From the human T2T-CHM13v2.0 reference genome, Homo sapiens, in the NCBI RefSeq assembly GCF_009914755.1, contig NC_060939.1: a stretch of DNA of 64,000 nt. The stretch is one strand, 5' to 3'. The notes under the pieces were generated by a model, which was given only the letters and a program-made list of their open reading frames with translations, searched no databases and had not been told where the DNA came from. Positions 1 through 14,399 of the stretch are shown one piece after another. Position 1 is the stretch's first letter, and every line of letters starts with the position of its first letter. The position numbers were made by a program, and so were the translations under genes.

Positions 1-465
1 CACCATGTTTTACTGGATGTGACACACAGTTCACATTTCCTGGGGTGTAGAGAAAATAGTTGTATGTTAAAAAAACATGCACTTGACTCTATTCCACAGG
101 GGATTAAGCAAAAGAGAAGTCAGAAACAAACTTGGCCATTAATGAAAAACAGTGGGGATAGTGAATCCTTACCACAACCCACTAACATTGATAAGAAATG
201 TTAATTTTCTTTCAGTAGAAAATAAAACTGTCTTTGGTTCTGATTAAACTGGTTTTTAAATGTTTCCAGAAAAGACAATGAGGAAGATCTTTTAAAAGAG
301 CCTGATTTGTAAGTGATCTGGAAGTCTTGCATTCACTGTTGGCAAGGATACCAGTTGTATACAGATTCAGGAATTCCACTGGTGGACGCTTATCAGCTAA
401 ATATCTAATGATAGAGAAAAACAAAATAATTTTGTATTAAAGAGAAAAACATCCTTTTATAACTA

Positions 466-753
<288 letters not shown>

Positions 754-1049
754 CTATATTTCTTTATTACTTTTTTAGGCTACAGTGCAAAATGATAGAT
801 GGAAATGGATAATTTTATGGTTAGAAAAGTGAAAAAGTTTATGGCCATCAAAAATCTTTCAGGTAAAGCAGAAGCTGAGTGTGCTAAGAATGTAAATTTA
901 AGCTATCTATAGGTCTCAAAGCCCTAATCCAACTAAAATGACTTGGAATGATATGTTCTCCTCAAGCTTAGAGAAAGAACCAAGTCATAAATAAGCCATA
1001 ACTCTTAACAGCTATGGGTTACTACAAAAAGTAGAATTTAAAAACCAGT

Positions 1050-1340
1050 GGCCAGGTGGGGTGGCTTATACCTGTAATCAGTGCTTTGGGATGCCAAGGT
1101 GGGAGGATCACTTGAGGTTAGGAATTCAAAATCAGCCTGGACAACGCAGGGAAATCCCATCTCTAAAAAGTTTTTTTTAAAGTACCTGAACATGGTGCTG
1201 TATGCTTGTAATCACGGCTACTCAGAACGATGAGGTAGGAGGATTCCTTGAGGCCAGGAGTTTGAGGTTACAGTGAACTATGATCATGACACTGCACTCC
1301 AGCCTGGATGACAGAGTGAGTCCCCAACTCCAAAAAAAAA
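1050..1340 (+). mobile_element. AluJ-like
   Basis: Diverged dimeric Alu with A tail. Confidence 0.9.
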
Positions 1341-1479
1341 TTTTTTAAGGTAGACAATTCATACTTGTATCTAAGGCTAAATTTCTTCTGTCTACTAGAT
1401 AAATACCATTAACAAGCAAACATTTTTTATCTTTAAAAAGCAAATTAAAGTCTCTATCAGTATTTTTCTCCAGCCCATT

Positions 1480-3290
1480 TCTCTGGAAAACTCCTAGAAA
1501 GAGCGATCTCTACCTGCCATCTCCACTCCTCCTCTCATTCTCTCAATGCCACTATGCCCATAAATAGCTCTTATCAAAGTTGTCAACAATTTCAGTGTTT
1601 TCAAATCCAATGGTCAGTCCTCAATCATCCAACCCATTCTATTCAATCTCTCAGTCCTCATGAAACACTTTCTTCACTTAGTTTTCAGGATGCTACACTT
1701 TCTGGGTTTCCTCCTCCATCACTGTCTACTCCTTCTCAGAAATATTGGCTGGTTCATCCTCATCTTTCTGACTGTGGTATCAAGAGCTCAATCTTAGACT
1801 CTCATCCTTCCTCTATTTATATTTGCTTACCAGATGATCTCATTCAGCCTCATTTCTATGCTGACAACTCCCAGTTGAAATTTCTCCAGCCCTGTTCACT
1901 CACCAGAACTGCATATCTAAAGCTCCTTTTGGACAGCAATAGACATTTCAAATTTAACATGAGCAACACCAAATTCTTGATTTCACTACTACCTCCCCTG
2001 CCCCTGGAAAAAAAAGAATTGCTCATTCCATAGTTTTCCTCTTCTCAGTAAATGACAGCTTCATTCTCCAAGATTCTCAGGGCAAGCATCCTGGTCATTA
2101 TTGATTTCTCTCTTTATCTAACATCACAGGAATACATAAGAAATTCCTATAAGCTTATCTTCAAACTATATGTAGATTACCACTTCTTTTCTCCAACTCT
2201 TCCATTACCATACTAATCCAATCCACGACAATCCAAGGGTACTGCCATAGCCTCCTCTCAGATCTAGCTCCCACCTCCCATCTTTGCTTCCCTGTATTGG
2301 ATTCTTCTCCCAGCAGCTGGAATGATCCTTCTGAAAAGTAATTTAAAGTATATTATTTCTCATTATTAAATATAAGGTCTCACTCTGAATAAGACTAAAA
2401 TCTTTAGCAGGGCCTACAAGACCCTATACGACCTTGCCCTTATCTCATCTCTACTATTTTCCCCTCCACTCACTTCACTGTCATTACACAGGCCTCCTTG
2501 CTGTTTCTCAAACAAACCAAGTGCACTTCTACCCCAGGGCCTTTACACTTGCTGGTCTTTCTGCCTGGAAAGTGCTGCTCCATATACCCACAGGACTCTT
2601 CTCTCTCACTTTTTTCAGGTCCCTGTTCAAATGTCACTGATATGGTTTGGCTCTGCATCCCCACCCAAATCTCATGTTGGATTGTAATTCCGAATGTTTG
2701 GGGAGGGACCTGGTTGGAGGTGATTGGATTGTAGGGGAAGATTTCCCCCATGCTGTTCTCGTGCTAGTGAGTGAGTTCTCACAAGATCTGATGGTTTAAA
2801 AGTGTGTGGCACTTCCCCCTTTGCTCTCTACCTCCTGCCACCGTGTGAAGAAGGTGCTTGCTTCCTCTTCACCTTCTGCCATAATTGTAAGTTTCCTGAG
2901 GCCTCTTCCTATTAAGCCTGCAGAACTGTAGTCAATTAAACTTCTTTTCTTCATAAATTACCCAGTCTCAGGTAGTTCTTTATAGCAGTGTGAAAACTCA
3001 CAAATGCAGCCACCTTATCATAAAAGCCTTCCTCAACTACCCCACAAAATATGTATTACACATTCACACACATAAACAGCTGTCATTGTCTCCCAACATT
3101 GCTGTTTTATTATAGTTATGACTACTTTTCATGTTACCTATTTCAAATTTAAATTTAGTTGTCTATTTCCCCCAACTAGAATGAAAACTCTGTGAGAGCA
3201 GGGACTTTGTCAATATCCCCAATGTCTAGAACTCTGCCTGTGACATAGTTAAGTACAGAACACATTTTTTAAAGAAATGAACAAGCAGAG
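1480..3290 (+). mobile_element. L2 LINE (3' part), interrupted by an MST LTR
   Basis: Typical L2 motifs (caaatccaatggtc, agatgatctcattcag...ctatgctgacaactccca, gagagcagggactttgtc, 3' aaatgaacaa); the 1554-2033 ORF carries an RT-like FYADNSQ. Confidence 0.75.
2638..3008 (+). mobile_element. MaLR solo LTR (MSTA/MSTB-like)
   Basis: tgatatggtttggctc...gtgtgaaaactcacaaatgca; 5-bp TSD gtcac/gccac. Confidence 0.9.
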
Positions 3291-3554
3291 TAACTAGGAA
3301 TGCTTATGCATTCCAACCATAAATGCAAACCCAAGACAGTAAAGGAAATGTTTCCAAGTGATTGCAATCTGAAAGGGAAGTTTTTCTTGGCCATCCATGC
3401 AATTTTTGCAATTTTAGTATATGACTGTGGAATCTTATGTCATGGGCCATCAACCTCAGGAAAAATTAAAATAAATTTCATGCCACAAAGAAGCAAAAAG
3501 CAATAATTAAGGGCTAGAAAAAGGATCAGACAATTAGTCACCACTTGCTCTGCC

Positions 3555-3725
3555 AGAGTGGTTGAGAGCATAGTTTGGGAATGAGACAGATCTGGGTTTG
3601 AGTCCTCACTGCTGTGCACCACCTCTACTACCTTGAGCAAATTAGTTACTTGCTCTCCCTGTATCTGAGCCTTCTGATCTATAAAAAGTGTCTAAAATCT
3701 TCCAGAGTTGTTGTAAGAATTCTGC
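3555..3725 (+). mobile_element. MIR SINE
   Basis: gtggttgagagcat...gatctgggtttgagtcc...ccttgagcaa core. Confidence 0.65.
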
Positions 3726-5236
3726 TGGCTTTATTATTTTTTAATACATTATCATACTATTGCTCAATTAGCCATCAGTACCTTTCACTAAATAACACAG
3801 CAGTTATATACACACCTCCCCCAGCAGAATTCTCTAAGGGGTAAGAGCCTGTTTACTGGCTTTACTCATGAGATTCTTCACTCTCTGGTCAAATAGGTGT
3901 GTCAGCAAAGGAATCTACACATAATTATCATTAAGGAATTCATTAATTCAAGACTTACTGAGAATTGTATAAAGACTTGTTGAGAAAAACTGAACCCACA
4001 CTCAAATGAAATCTCTATTCAATGAACTATACGTACGTGTTTGGAATGAGTTTTCTTCATGCTTCCTATTCTGCAGTGCTAAGAAGCAGGCAACAAGCCT
4101 TTGCAGTGAGGCTAGGGGAGTGATTTCCATGCTGACTGGTTAGAGTTTCTCCCTTGTGGGTTCCATGATGCTCTTGCTCTGTATTACCTGACTGATCTGT
4201 GCTGGGATATTTTTTTACTTTGCTTCAGTGCCCCTATTACTAATCTTATTTCTAGCTTATGCACTTGCTCAAAGTCTTCTCTGAACCTTAAGTCTACTTA
4301 TTAATCCCAAGAGTGGCTAAGTAATACAAAAGTTCGTAACAATCCTTTTCCCCTTTATTCATTCAAGAGATACGTTAAAAAAAAAAGTATAAAAACTGTG
4401 ACAGACCTGGTGCCAAGGTTACAGACAGCAAGATGAGCACAGTACCTGACCTCTGGGAGCTGGAGTCTAATGAAGAGCACAGACATTTAACACACCCAAA
4501 CACACACGTGTGTGTGTGTGATAAGAACTATAATGAGTAAATTACAGTGTTTCCAAGAAAGGCATCACACTCAGACTTAAAATACCAGGAAATTGAGGCA
4601 TTACATTCAAGGGAATGTTTTTCAAGCCTTTTGACCATTACCTACACTAAGAAATATGATTTATATTCTATACTTTTTTTCTATCTTGGTGGTAAATACC
4701 TACTATATTGATTTTATGACCCTTTGATTAGTGATATCTGCAGTTTGAGAAACACTCATCTAAAACTAAAGATAAATATCAGTTAGCCAGCTCTGGGGTA
4801 GAGTAGGAATTGAGGGTAGCAGACACATGTTCCAGGCAAAAAACCATTATGCCCAAGGTCCCTGAAGTGACTGCATGTTAACTCATTTCCTCTTATCCCA
4901 AGTGCTGTGATTATGATCAATTGGCAACCAGCTTCCATCTTCCTTCTAGGGTGTCTTCCTAAGCTGCAGAGACTGGTAAATAAAAACTACATTTCCCATA
5001 CTCCCTTGCAGTTGGGTTCTACATTTAAAATAGCAAGTTATCTGCAGTTGCAAGATGAGGAAGCTGGAACTGAGTCAGATGCAAATTTACTGTGGATGCT
5101 AGGGGTTATAGCTGGAATCAAGGTCTTAAAGACATAGCTTCTACAAGATAGTGGCCAGGCACTGTGTTCTGCTGTCTAGTCACCAGCTTTGGCTACTGAG
5201 AGGTAGTTGTGTCCATGCTGGCAGCAGCTTCCCTGC

Positions 5237-5612
5237 TGATATGGTTTGGCTGTGTCCCCACCCAAATCTCATCTTGAATTGTAATCCCCATAATCCCCAC
5301 GTGTCTAGGGAGACACCTGGTGGGAGGTGATTGGATCATGGGGGTGGTTCCCTCATGCTGTTCTCCTGATAATGAGTGAGCTCTGATGAGATCTGATGGT
5401 TTTATAAGGGGCTCGTCCCCCTTCACTCCTCACTCTTCTCTTTCCTGCCCTTGTGAAGAGGGTACTTGCTTCCCTTTCACCTTCCACCATGATTGTAAGT
5501 TGCCTGAGGCCTCCTCAGCCATGTGGAACTGACAGTCAATTAAACATCTCTCCTTCATAGATTACCTAGTCTTGTGTATTTCTTTATAGCAGTGTGAGAA
5601 TGGACTAATACA
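5237..5612 (+). mobile_element. MaLR solo LTR (MSTA-like), nested in an older LTR remnant (~4905-5745)
   Basis: tgatatggtttggctgtgtcccc...tggactaataca; TSD cctgc/ccggc. Confidence 0.9.
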
Positions 5613-5744
5613 CCGGCCCTCTGATTATGGCAGGATATTCTTAAGCTTAATGGTGGCCTCTGATTCCTGTTCCCTTCCAATGATTTTATAAGCACCCAAT
5701 TCCCTGCATTAGATCCCTTTCTTCTAAAGAAAATACTTATGCTG

Positions 5745-6150
5745 TGTCTTGGGTCAGTTTTCCTGGAAGCAGACTCTGAGATGAAGATTTATGTGCCAAT
5801 GATTGATTAAGGAAGTGCTTCCAGGAAAAACCACTCAGGAGATGAGGGAAGTGGGACTAGGAAAGGGAAAAAGTTAAGTGAGGGTGCAATTTTAGGCCTA
5901 CCCAGCCAGATCCTTCAGAAGTGCTCTGGAGGGGAAATTACAGCTCAGAGGTTGTCCTAAATTGAGGTAAGACAGCTGGGCTTTCAAACCCTCACGCTGT
6001 CGTTACTGGGTATGAACCATACTGTGGGGTGCAGCGGATGCCCTGTGCTTGCAGACAAAGTGGCTCCAGGAACCCGAGGGCAGTCCTCTGGAGAGGTGTG
6101 GGTGGTTAAAAGTAAAGACCTACAGAAAATGGGGGAAGGACACACAGAAA
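5745..6150 (-). mobile_element. Old ERVL-type LTR (LTR16/LTR33-like)
   Basis: tgtcttgggtcagttttcctggaagcagactctgagatgaagattt motif typical of these families; family uncertain. Confidence 0.45.
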
Positions 6151-7171
6151 TATTAAAAGTGATCTGTGGGGATGGAGGAGGAACACGGAGGACGGGGTGT
6201 TCTGCTGTTGGGATATTTCTGTTATTTGCACCAAACCTTAAAAGATACAATCAGCAACAGAAGTTCACAAGTTATTGGTTACACATTTATGCTCACTGGC
6301 TTGTAGGTTATAATTACACGCACTAATAATGCTATCCAAGTGGAACCTGCAATTGAAATGTTTCCAAAATTCTCATCATATATGTGATTATTATTAAGCA
6401 AAGGCCTAGATTCAGCACTTTGGGCTTTAAATTTTTTTTTACCACATGTATAGGATTTTGTTAAAATGTGTTGACATTTTTTTCTTAATCGTAGACATAC
6501 AGCAAGAAAAAACAAAACAATACAAAATTGACATTGGCAGTTATTAAGGGATCTTGGCAACCTATCACATAATGGGAGGAGGTAGCTATATGAACCTCAA
6601 ACGCCAACTTACCAAGCAGATATGCTACTAGGTCCTCCGTGGCTTCCCCTGTGAATGTGTAAAGAAGTATTTCTTCCAAAAAAGATATGGGAATAATTTT
6701 ATTTTCTGTTTATTTCAGAATCTAGTGAGGACTTACTATTACATAATACACTTATTTCTCCCAGAACGTTTTTACTTATTTAAGTCATCATTTGACAAGC
6801 ATGGTTTGCCAAAGCTGATTAACAAACCGTTAGTAATTCCCTTCTCTTCTCCTAATCTTTATTTTTAAAACTGAGTAAAATTGGACAAAATATGTAATTT
6901 TTATATGTCAGGGATTTAAAATATATAATTATGTAATTGGTAGTGAAGATAACTGAAATTCTCTTTTATTTTCTGGTGAAACTTCACATCAAGTCTTTTG
7001 TTGGAAAAGATGTGAATTACAGCAAAAATATCAAGTAGGATTATATTAATATATATCAAGAATATAACTTGAATATAACCCAGTATTTTGGATTTAGGTA
7101 CCAATGTCTTGGTTACTTTTGGTAACATAATTACAAAAAGTTAGCAGGCTACTTCTATCTAAGTACCCTAG

Positions 7172-7588
<417 letters not shown>

Positions 7589-7782
7589 GGAATGGTTTCT
7601 TTTAAACATTCAAAAATAGTTTAATATCAAAAAATCTATCAATATAATTCATCACATTGATCAAAGGAAAAAAGACATTTCAATCATCTTGATTACTAAA
7701 AATTCATTTGGTAAAATTTAGCATTTACTAATAAAATAGGAATCAAATAAATTTATGTAAAATGGTCTTTAAAATTGTTTCC

Positions 7783-8077
<295 letters not shown>

Positions 8078-8153
8078 TTGTTTCCAACCAATATCCAATA
8101 GCATGTTTCAATATATAGAGTGTTGGTTAGCTAAGGTTACAGTTATTGCGTTA

Positions 8154-8463
<310 letters not shown>

Positions 8464-8941
8464 GAAGGGATAGATTAATGGTTTATTATTAAATTATTAA
8501 GTACATTTAGGAAATGGTAACAATAAATTAATCACATGTAAACAAATCTCTTTACTACAGATATTTCAGAACATTTAACATATTAATATGTGTTTCCAAA
8601 ATATATTTGACTACTGTTTTTTAAACAGTATTTTCAGGAACTTTCAGAATACTGCTGCAAAGACATTTCTCTTTCAATCAGATATAAAGCAAGAATGAAT
8701 CCTGTTTACCATATGATTTAATATCACTCTAGATACAACATATATGCTAGCTATATGCTAGCCAATACAATCACATATGCTAACAAAACATGGAATATAT
8801 ATTTTGGAAAGGAAAAAGCAAAAATCATTATTATTTACTTCTGATAACTGCCTTTCTGGAAGAACAAGAAAAACAACTGAAACACTATTAAAATTAATAA
8901 GCAACCAGTATCGTACTAATTAATACATAAAAATCAATAGG

Positions 8942-9259
<318 letters not shown>

Positions 9260-10247
9260 TAATACCAATATTAGTCCACCAGAAATTGCAATGTAGAAAA
9301 TAACACAAAATGTATAATACCTACAAATAAACTTAAGGAACATGCAGGAGCAATATAAAGAAAACAAAAGCAATACAACAAGAAAACTTGTCTAAAAACA
9401 TAAATAATTAAAAGGACAAATGTAGTATGTCTCAAATTGAAAAATTCATCAATGCAAAAATGTCAGTTGTACCTAATTAATACTAAATTCCATAGAATTC
9501 AAATGCCATTTAAAAATTTTAACTAATGATTAAAATTTTTCTTCTGGACAAAGTATGCAATAATAGCCAGGAAGTATCTGGGCAAAAAAGCGTATCTATC
9601 AGATATGAAAGTTTATTTTAAAGTTATCTGAATTGTGGTAGCGTGTGATATTGGTACCTGTCAGAATACATAGTCCCCCACATTGTCCCTGCCTTCTAGG
9701 GAGGCAGCACAGGGTTGTCTTTCCTACAGCTTGGTCTCTGCTCAAGGCCGGTTTCTAATGAAAAACTCTTCTTTGTACACCTGAATTCTAAGAGATCAGA
9801 CTTTATATTCATAATTTCTAAACTACAAAATAATATATTTAAAATACTATACCATTTCTTCAACTGTTCTCTTAAAAATCCAAATAACTCTCAAAATTTA
9901 TTTTTGAGTCAAAACACCAGTGGTCAAACTTTCTTGGATTACAAGGTTGGAAAAGATTCATTTTCCAGTCTAAAATATTCCAACCTAAAAGATTACCATA
10001 GTAGGTAACAATTTCTAGTAGATGGATATAGTAATGTACCCTACTGATTTACTTTCCTTGCACCTTCAAAGGAAAGCAAGCTGGTACATTCCAAAGTAAG
10101 TTTGTATGTTCGACATGCCAGCTTCCATTTCTTCATAATCATCCCAGAGAAGCAGAGCCCACAACTGAAGTAAACACTGTTTAATGGTTAAAAAAATTAA
10201 AGATGTCTTCAAATATGAATCTGATGAAGAAATACCTTTCAGGTTCT

Positions 10248-10566
<319 letters not shown>

Positions 10567-12279
10567 TCAGTTTCCAAGAATGAAAACAGCTGTTTGTCTT
10601 CTGAATGAATGATCTTTTATCCAGAGAAACACACTTTTCATGTATAGGTAAGACACAAGCAAGCAGTAAGTCACCTTCATCCTCTGAGCCACAGTGAAAA
10701 TGAAAAAAAGAGAAACCCTAGCCAAACAGATGCAAAGGGTTGCAGTTTTCAGCACTTTTAATAGAGTGGAGCACATATTGATGGATATGTAGGTAGAGTT
10801 GTTCTGATAGCCTGTGGGACCCCAAGAAAATGGACTCCCTCCAAGTTTGTCAGGGGTGTTAAAACATGTGAAGCACTTAAAATGTTTCTGACACATATCT
10901 AGAAATTACTATGCAAATGTTAGCACTAGCAGATGAGGAAGAAGTATCACGGACCAGGCTCATGTCTTGTGGCATCCTCTATTGGACCAACCAGATATAA
11001 CCTTAACCCTTCTCAGAGGTAGCCAGTATTCTAAAGTATTTACAGATAAAATGCAATAATTTCAGGAATTTGCTTTAGAATGCTACAGAAATAAAGCTGT
11101 GTATTGGGGAGGGCAAATAGATAAAACAACTCATCAGTATACAGTTAAACACTATCATGCTTTAATATTTTGAACACAACCGAAGTCAAACTAGTAAATT
11201 ACAATCAAGTTGCATCAGCCAGTTTTATAGTAAGAGACCAGAGACCTCATTTAGTGGACAGGGTGATCACTAATTTCTCTAGGGAACTCTCCAGCCCCAA
11301 AAGGAGATTTTCCTGGAGGGTCCCCACCAAAACACAGCCTAGGACCTATGATAGGTTTATCCTTGTCAACTTATTCCAGTATTAACTTAGAATTTTTCAT
11401 ATAATGGGAGGTCTTTACTGATGTACAGCCAGCTTGTGATCCACAAAAACTCTGATCTTATTCCCCTCAAATCCATCTAGAGTTGTTTTCAATTCCAATG
11501 AATAAGCTACCCCTGCTCAGCCCACTCTAAGAGGCAAATTCAGTAACCACAACCTGTTTTCTATCAGCCAAAACACTGATAATGATATTTCAAATTTGGG
11601 GACTTATTCCTGTTTTCTCCACTTGGTATAATTTCCATTGTTGCTAACCAACAAGTCATGAACCCACCTACTGGGGTTTCGGGATCATTAGAGCCAAGTC
11701 ACCACTATTATGAGAATTCCATGAGTTTCATTTTCTAAGTCAGTGGCTATTAAGTGGAAAATATGCTAGAACCCAAAGTCCCTAAGTTATTATCTTTATT
11801 TCCCTTTCACTCTAATTTTAACCAGAGGTCATTCTCATTAAAAAGCCTCTGGGTGCTTTGATATATGTAAGTTTTATATTCACTGAGAGATCCTTGGCCC
11901 TTTCCTGTGGCTGCGCTCATGCCAGTCATCCAGCTGCTATCAATTAACATTCCATCAATTTCTCTGTCAGTTTGGGTTAGGCTTGACTGAGTCACAGGTA
12001 CAGTCTACTTGGCAACATTTAGATCTCACAATGTGTTCACCATAACAGAGTTAGAATATTGAATAAAGTTTCATTCAAAAACAAAAACATTTATTGAGCA
12101 CTTATTATATGAAAAGCATTATAGTCAATAAATAGTACTTCATTCCAATGATACAGAACTCATTGTCCTAATTAGTGATAGTCAAACTAATTTTACAAAA
12201 AGAGATTACTAAAACATTACTCTGTATTAAACTGAAAACAATTTTGGGGGCTTTTATTTGAAAAATGGCATGAATGATA

Positions 12280-12510
12280 GAAAAAGGAAAGAAAAGAAAA
12301 TGAAATAAAGAGCAAGAAAGATAAAACAAACAAGAATAATAAGAGGACAAGAAAGAGGGAAAAAAGAAAATATCAAGGGCATGTGAAAAGAAAAATAGAA
12401 TGACAAAAAAGAAAAATGAAATAATGAGAAAGAAAAACCAAAGAAAACAGAGAAGAGGAGAGAAGAAGAGAGGGAGTAAAAGAAAGAAATCAAGAGTGAA
12501 AGAAAGCAAG
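12280..12510 (+). repeat. Purine (GA)-rich low-complexity tract
   Basis: Almost entirely A/G; explains the Phe/Leu/Ser-rich minus-strand ORFs. Confidence 0.8.
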
Positions 12511-13014
12511 GCATTTCTGTTTTCTTCAATATGCTAAACTAAATGGCAAAAATTAATCCTGGTACAATATATTTTAAAATATTAAAACATATTCATATAT
12601 ATAAATATATATATATATATTCATTAAAGTCACAGTCATCAAACGAGTAGTTGATACGGCAAGAAAATTAGGAAAATCCTCAGAAGCCTCAAATCAAAAA
12701 ACAAGAAAGCGTGAATTGAGAGTGTGAGAAAGCACTGAAGCCAAAGGTTGCACATCTGTCAATCCCTGGTGGCCTATGAAAAAAAGGGCACAGGAGAAAA
12801 AGCACAGGTCCCACACAAGATGAGTCAGGTCAAGATCCCCACGTAAAGTGAGACCCCTGAAAGGTAACACTCTTAGTGAACAAAATACAGAACAAAGAAA
12901 CAAACGACTCATAGAAGCAGATTATGAGACTTGCCTCAGGTAGAAAGAAATTAAATGTCCTGAAATTCCCAACCCAAATCATAGTTTGGAGTTGAAATTC
13001 TATAAGGCGCGCAT

Positions 13015-13015
<1 letters not shown>

Positions 13016-13065
<50 letters not shown>
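13016..13065 (+). repeat. (CA)25 microsatellite
   Basis: Direct read; preceded by alternating gcgcgcatg. Confidence 0.97.
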
Positions 13066-13067
<2 letters not shown>

Positions 13068-13232
13068 GCATTTAAAGCATTCTCAGGTTGGAAAGGCCTC
13101 TAGACATGTCACAGAAGTGAGCACAGAGCACAGTTCTTTGCAGAGAAGTACAACTTGATTAAACCTGGGCTTCAGTGAATTTCTAAGGACAAAGTTCCAA
13201 GGTACTCGAGCTGTCATTCAAAAATTATCACC

Positions 13233-13468
13233 TGAGAACACACGGACACGTAGAGGGGAACAACACACACTGGGGCCTTTCAGAGGGTGAAGAGTGGGAA
13301 AAGGGAGAGGATCAGGAAAAATAACTAATGTGTACTAGGCTTAATACCTAGGTGATGAAATAATCTGTATAACAAACCCCTATGACACAAGTTTGCCTAC
13401 GTGACAAACATGAACTTTTACCCCTGAACTTAAAATAAAAGTTAAAAAACAAACAAAGAAACAAAAAA
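13233..13468 (+). mobile_element. L1PA (older primate subfamily) 3' end
   Basis: gagaacacacggacac...aggcttaatacctaggtgatg...ccctgaacttaaaataaaagtt; near-TSD aaaa(tt/ac)atcacc. Confidence 0.85.
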
Positions 13469-13499
13469 CATCACCATACTCATAAAAAGAAAACAACCC

Positions 13500-14399
13500 A
13501 TCATGAGTTAGAGGTAGACAAAATAATAGACTACAGAATTATATTTACAAAGATGGGGTATATTAGAACAATTAAAAACTAATGTAACTGTTTAACATAA
13601 TTAAAGAAAAAATGAGAGCTATCAAAAACATGGCAAGGTATAAGAGTTATCAAAAATAGAAATCATTTTTTGAAACTACATTAAATATTTAGAGACTAAA
13701 ATTAGAAATTCAATGACAGCTTAAACAGCAGATTAGACACAGCTGAAAAGAAACTTTGTGTAGTGAATAACAGGGCTGAAGGAATTAACTAGAATGCAAC
13801 TCAAGAGACACAGAAATAGAAAACATGAAATAGAAATCTAAAACCATAGAGCACAGTTTGAGAAGTTTGAACTACATCTAATGAGAGTTGCAGGAGGTAA
13901 TGGGGAGAAGCAATATTTTGAAGAGATTATAGCTGAAACTTTTCCAGAATCCGTTAGACTCATGAATCTTTAGATTCAGGAAACCCAGTGAATCTCAAGC
14001 AGCATAAATGCAAACAAATCTTAACCTAGATGCATTGTAGTGAGAATATACAACATCAAGTTAAAGAAATGATTTTAAAAGTACTCCCCCTCCAAAAAAG
14101 AAAGAAAGAGAGAGAAAGAAAGAAAGAGAGAAAGAGAGAATCAACAGAGAGTAAAAAGAACAGATTACTTTACTTTCAAAGGAATACTTAGACCAAAGGC
14201 TGATTTCTCAACAACAATAAAAGCAGGACAATGGAATAATGCCTCAAAACACTGAAAGAAAATAATCACCAATTTATAAATCTATACCCAGAATAGTTAT
14301 CTTTTAAGAGTGAAGTAAAAAATAAACTTAAAAAAGTTTTTCAGACAAACAAACTGAAGGAAGTAACTTCCAACGTATATTTACTTTGAAAAACTTCTT
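13500..14399 (+). mobile_element. Old L1M ORF1-region remnant (resumes at ~18521-18990)
   Basis: cagcagattagacacagctgaaaag, tgaaacttttccagaat, gctgatttctcaaca motifs. Confidence 0.65.

Noticed and set aside
12168-12529. Hydrophobic membrane-protein-like ORFs
   Set aside because: Artefact of translating the complement of a GA-rich low-complexity tract.
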